This document shows, one piece after another, positions 58,163 through 64,000 of a stretch of 64,000 bases of DNA. Below the pieces are notes generated by a model. It saw only the letters and a list, made by a program, of their open reading frames with translations. It was not told the origin of the DNA and searched no databases. Each line of letters opens with the position of its first letter. Position 1 is the stretch's first letter. This stretch comes from Deltaproteobacteria bacterium (GTDB taxonomy: Bacteria > Desulfobacterota > Binatia > UBA12015): positions 1-64,000 of the forward strand of contig JAYGCM010000057.1 in the NCBI GenBank assembly GCA_046583355.1. Direction: 5' to 3'. The position numbers and the translations under genes are program-made.

Positions 58163-58293
58163 ATCGATATCCTCCCGCCCGAACGATAGGCCGAAGGAAG
58201 ACGCGGAGGCAAACCGGGCACGCGAGCCGCATTTCGGGTTGATCAGGCGAGGTCGGCTGCGGTGATTCTTGCCGCCGTGCGAAAGTAGCCCGC

Positions 58294-58842
58294 CTAGAGG
58301 AACTCTGCGATAGTGGTTTGTTCCAGTTGGCAATCCGCGGCTTGGTCGCCGTGGACCACATTCAGATATCCCTCGGAGAGCGTGACCGCCCATTGGTTCT
58401 GCTTGCCAATTCCTTCAGCTAGCGCTGCCAGGAAGGGCGGGTCGAGGAGTACCAACTCTATCGCTTCGGCGCGGTGGATACGCTGCGCACGCCATTCTTT
58501 GCGAAGACCGACGGCATGCTTTCCGGTGAATACCGAGACGCGGTCGACCTGCTTGCTGGCGCGATGCAGTCTTTGCGCCGACGGCGCGCCTACATCGATC
58601 CAATGCTTGATATTGCCCTGAAGGTCCTTGGCCCAGAGGGCCGGCTCGTCCACATTGGCCAGGCCACGGCCGAACTCCAGACCTTCTTCATGCGCCAGGA
58701 CCCTGGCCAGAACACGGACCACCAGACGGTCGGCATTCTCGGACGGATGCTGCGCCACGCGGAACTGGAGGGTCTCGTAGATATGGCTGTCGATATGAGC
58801 CAGCTCCACTACAAAGCTGCGCACGGTGGCTGAGATCGCGAT
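58294..58842 (-). CDS. yaeQ: YaeQ family protein
   Basis: AQHPSENADR, EFGRGL..DEPALW, WIDVG.P..RL.RAS; start possibly ATC 58842, otherwise GTG 58824. Confidence 0.88.
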   Translation of the reverse strand: MAISATVRSFVVELAHIDSHIYETLQFRVAQHPSENADRLVVRVLARVLAHEEGLEFGRGLANVDEPALWAKDLQGNIKHWIDVGAPSAQRLHRASKQVDRVSVFTGKHAVGLRKEWRAQRIHRAEAIELVLLDPPFLAALAEGIGKQNQWAVTLSEGYLNVVHGDQAADCQLEQTTIAEFL

Positions 58843-59441
58843 GATAGGCTCCCGTCGATCCTGACCTGTTTTCCGGAGCGAGAAATACCGGTGTCAGGCT
58901 CCGGTCATGAAAGCAGTTACCGTCCGGGAAATGAAGGCGTGGCGGAGGCGTGCCTAGTGCCGCGAGGCTGCGACGAAAAGGGTGCGAGCAGCCCGACGAT
59001 CATCGGGCGCTTGCGCTTTCGGGGCAGCTGCCGTTCACCTCGCCGTCGTCGCATTCCTCGCCGGCCTCAACCTCGGCGTTGCCGTATCTGCCTGCCTTGA
59101 TCCATCCGTGTCCTCCCAAAAAGAACACGGTCTACTGGTCAGGCTCGGCTCAAAACCAGACGGGCTGCGGCTGACACGTACCCTTTTGTGGGGTCAGGAC
59201 TCACAGGGGGCTTTCGGCATCCAAGGATCCGCGCAGTTTCTGTATCTGGTTGTGGGAGAAACCGGCGCGCGCTGGGAGAAAACCGGCGCCAGCCGGATTC
59301 CGTGTGGACTTTGGCCCATCGTCCGAGAGTGCGCCTGACCGTGAGGACAGTCGCGGGCGCAAGACAGCGGGAACTTCCGTTGACTCCCCAAACTCAACAG
59401 CGGATATTCGTCCGAGAAGCGATTTGATTGATCGGCTGACT

Positions 59442-59455
59442 TGACCCCTCGGTCA
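59442..59455. promoter_or_regulatory. Possible operator upstream of the second P450
   Basis: TGACC-cctc-GGTCA inverted repeat ending 17 nt before the start codon. Confidence 0.3.
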
Positions 59456-59471
59456 GGGGAGCGGAGGCAGA

Positions 59472-60680
59472 ATGGAAGAGGCGAGCGCAACCGCAATCGG
59501 GCGGATGCCACGGAGTGCAAGCGAGCTTTTCGGCGGCGGCATGATGAGTCCGATGCGTGACGTGCATTGCGTTTATGCGCGTCTGCGGCGCGAGCATCCC
59601 GCAGAATGCATCAAGAGCGAGGGCGCCGAAACCTGGCTCATTACTCGTTACGACGATGTAAACCGTATTCTGAGCGACGCGCAGACCTTCTCCTCGGCGG
59701 CGAACGCGCGCGGTATCGGCCTCGTCATGGGGCGCACGCTGATCGAAATGGACGGCGCGGAACACCTGCGCCAACGCCGCCTGGTCACGCCTTCTTTCTC
59801 GCCGCGTGCCGTGCGCGAACGAGCAACTTCGGTCATCGATGAGGCCATCGATACACTCATCGACGATTTTGTCCGCGACGGCCAGGCCGATCTCGTCAGC
59901 CAATTCACCTTCACCTTCCCCATCCGCGTCATCGCGAACCTGATCGGCGTACCAATCGAAGATTTTCATCAATTTCATACATGGGCACTCCAGCTCCTCA
60001 GCGTCCACGACGACCCCAACGCCGGCTTTGCTGCGGCCCGGCATATCGTCGAGCATCTCAAACCGGTCATTGAAGAGCGACGCCGCAAGCCCTGTGGCGA
60101 CCTCCTCTCAACGCTCGCGAGTGCCGAGATCGAAGACGAGAAATTGGTCGAAGAAGAGATCCTCAGCTTCCTGCGGCTCTTGCTGCCCGCTGGCGCCGAG
60201 ACCACCTACCGCTTCACCGGGACAATCCTGCACGCGCTGCTGACGCACAGCGACGCGCGGCAGGCCGTGCAAAGGGACTCCGACCGGCTCGATGATGTAC
60301 TCGAAGAAGCTCTGCGCTGGGAGGCGCCCGTGCAATTCGTGAGCCGCGAGACGACCTGCACGGTCGAGATCGGCGGCCGGTCCATTCCGGCCGGGGCGAT
60401 GCTGATGACGGCCATCGGCTCAGCCAACCGCGACGAATCCCGCTTCGCCAACCCGGATTGCTTCGACATCGACCGGCCCAACAACCATGAACATCTCGCC
60501 TTCGGCTTCGGTGCGCATTATTGCCTCGGCACCCACCTCGCCCGCCAAGAAGCGCGGCGTGCGGTCGCGCGCCTCCTTGCCAGGCTGCCCAACCTGCGAC
60601 TCGCCCCCGAGGCGCAATCCAATATCGTCGGTGTCGCCTTTCGCTCCCCGGACCAGTTGCCGGTCGTCTTCGACACCTGA
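59472..60680 (+). CDS. Cytochrome P450
   Basis: AGAETT, EEALRWE, SANRD, FGFGAHYCLG. Confidence 0.95.
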   Translation: MEEASATAIGRMPRSASELFGGGMMSPMRDVHCVYARLRREHPAECIKSEGAETWLITRYDDVNRILSDAQTFSSAANARGIGLVMGRTLIEMDGAEHLRQRRLVTPSFSPRAVRERATSVIDEAIDTLIDDFVRDGQADLVSQFTFTFPIRVIANLIGVPIEDFHQFHTWALQLLSVHDDPNAGFAAARHIVEHLKPVIEERRRKPCGDLLSTLASAEIEDEKLVEEEILSFLRLLLPAGAETTYRFTGTILHALLTHSDARQAVQRDSDRLDDVLEEALRWEAPVQFVSRETTCTVEIGGRSIPAGAMLMTAIGSANRDESRFANPDCFDIDRPNNHEHLAFGFGAHYCLGTHLARQEARRAVARLLARLPNLRLAPEAQSNIVGVAFRSPDQLPVVFDT

Positions 60681-60704
60681 TCCGTACGACAGCTCGAGCG
60701 CTCT

Positions 60705-61142
60705 TCAGTCGGCCGGCAGCAGCGCAAGAAGCTCGCGCTGGCGGCCGAGGTGGCGGCGCTCTTCGGCCGCCGAGACCTCGTGGTCATAGCCCAGGAGGTG
60801 CAGGAGGCCGTGTGCCAGAAGCTCGAGGAGTTCGGCCGCAAGCGTATGGCCGCGCTCGCGGGCCTGTCGCTCGGCGGTCGGTACCGAGAGGATCACATCG
60901 CCAAGCAAGGCATCGTCGATGGCGCCCTCGCCCTCGCGTTGCGCAAAGGAGAGGACATCGGTCGGGCGGTCGCGATCGCGGTAGTCGCGGTTCAGGACAT
61001 GGATCTCGGCATCGTCCGTGAGCACGATCGAGAGCTCGGCCCCACTCTCGCCCAATGCCTCAAGCCAGAGCGAAGCCGCCGCTTCCAGAGCAGGCGCAAA
61101 ATCCGCGAAGCCCTCGCGAGCCGTCAAGCATATTTCGGACAT
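60705..61142 (-). CDS. ybeY: rRNA maturation RNase YbeY
   Basis: [32 protein letters not shown]. Confidence 0.95.
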   Translation of the reverse strand: MSEICLTAREGFADFAPALEAAASLWLEALGESGAELSIVLTDDAEIHVLNRDYRDRDRPTDVLSFAQREGEGAIDDALLGDVILSVPTAERQARERGHTLAAELLELLAHGLLHLLGYDHEVSAAEERRHLGRQRELLALLPAD

Positions 61143-62110
61143 CAGCTGCGGTCGTAGGCCGTGATGATTTTCTGCACCAGCGGGTGGCGCACCACATCCC
61201 GTTCGCTGAAGCTGCAGAAGCCGATCCCCTCGACCGAGTGCAGAAGCTCTTGTGCCTCGATCAGGCCGGAGCGTTTACCCGGGCCCAGGTCGATCTGGGT
61301 CACATCGCCCGTGATGACGGCCTTGGAACCGAAGCCGAGCCGCGTCAGGAACATTTTCATTTGTTCGGGCGTGGTATTCTGCGCTTCGTCGAGCACAACA
61401 AAAGCGTCGTTCAGGGTGCGGCCGCGCATGAAGGCGAGCGGTGCGACCTCGATCGTGCCCCGGTCCATATATTTCTGCGCTCGTGCTGGGTCGACCATAT
61501 CGTTCAGGGCGTCGTAGAGAGGCCGCAGATAGGGGTTCACCTTGTCGGCGAGATCGCCGGGCAGGAAGCCGAGCCGCTCGCCGGCCTCGACGGCCGGACG
61601 TGCCAGAACAATGCGCGTGACCTCGTTGGCCGCGAGTGCGGCGACGGCCATCGCCATGGCGAGGTAGGTCTTGCCGGTTCCGGCAGGACCGATTCCGAAG
61701 ACGATATCTTTCTTGCGGATTGTATCGATATAATATTTCTGCGCGACGGATTTGGGTGCGATCGTGCGATTATGGGCCGAGATGAAAATCGCGTCGAGGA
61801 AGATCTCATGCAGCCGCGCCTTGGAATCCGCCGAGAGAATGCGCACGGCATAGCCGACATCGGAGGCGTAGAGCGGGTAGCCGCGCGCGAGCAAATCCAG
61901 CAATTGCGTAAAGACACGACCCGCCAGTTCGCTTTGCAGATCGTCGCCACGGACCTCGATGGTCGAGCCATGCACGATGGCGCGCACGCCCGTGGCATCT
62001 TCGATCATTTTCAGATGCTCGTCGTGCTGGCCGAGCAACCCGGTCAGCAAAGTGGGGTCGGGCACCTCGATATGAAGCGACCCGCCGGCCTGCGTTGTAG
62101 CTTGTGTCAT
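61142..62110 (-). CDS. phoH: PhoH family ATPase
   Basis: [40 protein letters not shown]. Confidence 0.95.
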   Translation of the reverse strand: MTQATTQAGGSLHIEVPDPTLLTGLLGQHDEHLKMIEDATGVRAIVHGSTIEVRGDDLQSELAGRVFTQLLDLLARGYPLYASDVGYAVRILSADSKARLHEIFLDAIFISAHNRTIAPKSVAQKYYIDTIRKKDIVFGIGPAGTGKTYLAMAMAVAALAANEVTRIVLARPAVEAGERLGFLPGDLADKVNPYLRPLYDALNDMVDPARAQKYMDRGTIEVAPLAFMRGRTLNDAFVVLDEAQNTTPEQMKMFLTRLGFGSKAVITGDVTQIDLGPGKRSGLIEAQELLHSVEGIGFCSFSERDVVRHPLVQKIITAYDRS

Positions 62111-64000
62111 TCCTTGATCAGATCGTAGACCCGCGCCAGAGCTGCGTCGAGCCCCGATGCATCCTTGCCACCTGCCTGGGCGAAGTCCGGACGACCGCCG
62201 CCTTTGCCACCCACCAGCGGCGCAAGCGCGCCCACCAGCTTGCCGGCATGCACGCGCCCGGTCAGATCCTTGGTCACAGCGGCAAGCAAAAGAACCTTGC
62301 CCTTGTCTTCGCCACCCAGAACAATCACGCCGGAGCCCAGACGGTCGCGCAATTTGTCGGCCAAATCGCGCATGACCTTGGCATTGCCGCCTTCGACCTT
62401 CTGCGCCAGCACCTGAATGCCGTCGATCTCGCGCACTTCATCGAGTAGGTCGCGCGAGGTGCCGGCAGCCAGCTTGGCCTGTGCCGCCTCGAGCTGGCTT
62501 GCCAGTTTCTTGTTATGCGCGAGCAGCTTCTCGACCCGCGTGCCGGCTTCTTTTTCGTCGGCGCGCAACAGCAGAGCGATCCCCGCGAGCGCCGCCTCAC
62601 CCACCCGCACCGCTGCCAGCGCCCCTATGCCGGTGAGAGCCTCGATGCGGCGCACACCAGCACCCACGGCCGACTCGGCGCGAATCTTGAAGAGACCGAT
62701 ATCGCCCGTGCGACTCACATGCGTGCCACCGCAAAGCTCGACGGAGAACTCGCCCATCCGCAGAACGCGGACGCGGTCGCCGTATTTGTCGCCAAAGAAA
62801 GCCAGTGCGCCGGCAGCGGTGGCATCGTCGATCGCCATCTCGGTCGCCGTGACCTCGGCATTCTCACGAATTCGGTCGTTGACCCAATCCTCGATCTGCA
62901 CGAGCATTCCGGCATCGACACGGCCGTCGTTGGTGAAGTCGAAACGCAGGCGCTCGGCCGTGACCAGCGAACCGGCCTGATGCACATCGGCACCGAGGAA
63001 GGTGCGCAGGGCCGCATGCAGAATATGGGTCGCGGAATGGTTGAGGCGGGTTGCCTCACGGCGCGCCGGATCGACCACGAAGGTCGCGGCCGCACCGGCC
63101 GATATGGACCCGCGCACGACCCGAGCGCGGTGCACGATGAGATCGGCGCGCGGCTTCTGGGTGTCGAGGACCTCGACCAGACTGCCATCGGCAAGCTCGA
63201 TTATGCCGCCGTCGCCGGCCTGACCACCCGACTCGCCGTAGAAAGGAGTCTGCGCGGCGACCAACTCTACTTCTTCGCCCTCGCGCGCCTCGGCAATAGC
63301 CTCGCCGTCGCGCGCGAGCGCCGAGACCGTAGACTCGGCGCGCTCGTCCTCGTAGCCGACGAAGGCCGATGTCGCGTCGCCGAAGCCGCCGCCGGTCACG
63401 GTGGCAAAACGAGCCGCGTCGCGACCGCGCGCGCGCTGCGCGCCCATGGCCGCATCGAAGCCTGCGCGGTCGACCGCCAGGCCATCACCGCGCAGGATGT
63501 CTTCGGTGAGGTCGAAGGGAAAGCCGTAGGTATCGTAGAGCTTGAAGGCGACCGCGCCGGTGAGCGTCTTCTCGCCCCGAGTCGCCAGCTTCGCCTGCTC
63601 GTCCTGCAAGAGCCCGAGGCCCTTTTCCAGGGTCTCGCCGAAGCGTTCTTCTTCGCCCGTCACGGTTTGGCGGATTCGGTCGCGGTGCTCTTCGAGTTCG
63701 GGGTAGGCCGAGCCGAGAATATCGACCGTACGGTCCGTGATCTTGCCGAGAAAGGGTCCGTCAAGGCCGAGAAGATGGGCTTGGCGCGCGGCGCGGCGCA
63801 GCAGCCGACGCAACACATAGCCGCGGCCGTCGTTGGACGGCAGGATGCCGTCGGCGATCATCACGGCGACCGCACGCGCGTGGTCGGCGATCACGCGGAA
63901 GGCGACATCGGTCGCCTCGAAGCTGCCTTTGTAGGCCGTGCCCGAGAGTTCTTCCGCCACCGTGATCAGGCCGCGCAGCTGGTCACCATCGTAATTGCCA
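62107..64000 (-). CDS. alaS: Alanine--tRNA ligase (5' end outside the window)
   Basis: IADHAR, GRGYVLRR, LYDTYGFP, TPFYGESGGQ, NHSATH, QAGS, ELCGGTH, GVRRIEA, GGGRPDFAQAGG. Confidence 0.97.
   Translation of the reverse strand, partial: GNYDGDQLRGLITVAEELSGTAYKGSFEATDVAFRVIADHARAVAVMIADGILPSNDGRGYVLRRLLRRAARQAHLLGLDGPFLGKITDRTVDILGSAYPELEEHRDRIRQTVTGEEERFGETLEKGLGLLQDEQAKLATRGEKTLTGAVAFKLYDTYGFPFDLTEDILRGDGLAVDRAGFDAAMGAQRARGRDAARFATVTGGGFGDATSAFVGYEDERAESTVSALARDGEAIAEAREGEEVELVAAQTPFYGESGGQAGDGGIIELADGSLVEVLDTQKPRADLIVHRARVVRGSISAGAAATFVVDPARREATRLNHSATHILHAALRTFLGADVHQAGSLVTAERLRFDFTNDGRVDAGMLVQIEDWVNDRIRENAEVTATEMAIDDATAAGALAFFGDKYGDRVRVLRMGEFSVELCGGTHVSRTGDIGLFKIRAESAVGAGVRRIEALTGIGALAAVRVGEAALAGIALLLRADEKEAGTRVEKLLAHNKKLASQLEAAQAKLAAGTSRDLLDEVREIDGIQVLAQKVEGGNAKVMRDLADKLRDRLGSGVIVLGGEDKGKVLLLAAVTKDLTGRVHAGKLVGALAPLVGGKGGGRPDFAQAGGKDASGLDAALARVYDLIKE

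Noticed and set aside
59253..59289. Tandem TGGGAGAAA(A)CCGGCGC duplication
   Set aside because: Only two copies in a decayed intergenic region; no evidence of function.

Overview
High-GC bacterial chromosomal window, almost fully coding. The gene content (Cys-rich secreted proteins, multiheme cytochrome c, actinobacterial-like lipid/sterol enzymes) suggests a deltaproteobacterial-type organism such as Ca. Binatia; this is inference only. Housekeeping genes: rpmG, rnhA, hemQ/chdC, bioB, prfB with its programmed +1 frameshift, ybeY, phoH and a partial alaS. Lipid/steroid metabolism is prominent: a split Rv3521-like OB-fold pair with Ltp4/Ltp3-like thiolases, two P450s, ALDH, enoyl-CoA hydratase, WS/DGAT, a desaturase and a flavin monooxygenase. 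Three GT-C-type membrane glycosyltransferases are present. Best candidates for novelty: (1) luxE coupled to an in-frame LuxC acyl-reductase/class-III aminotransferase fusion, a possible acid-to-aldehyde-to-amine pathway with no luxAB; (2) three secreted proteins (beta-helix protein, pentaheme cytochrome c, monoheme/Ig protein) sharing an unnamed Cys-rich helical module; (3) a triply inactivated Y1/RAYT-like transposase bracketed by 38-bp inverted repeats that belong to a dispersed hairpin repeat family. Several gene scars are visible (sulfatase, higB, kinase-like, Cys-rich fragments). No rRNA, tRNA or CRISPR array was seen. All family assignments come from motif recognition by eye, not database searches.
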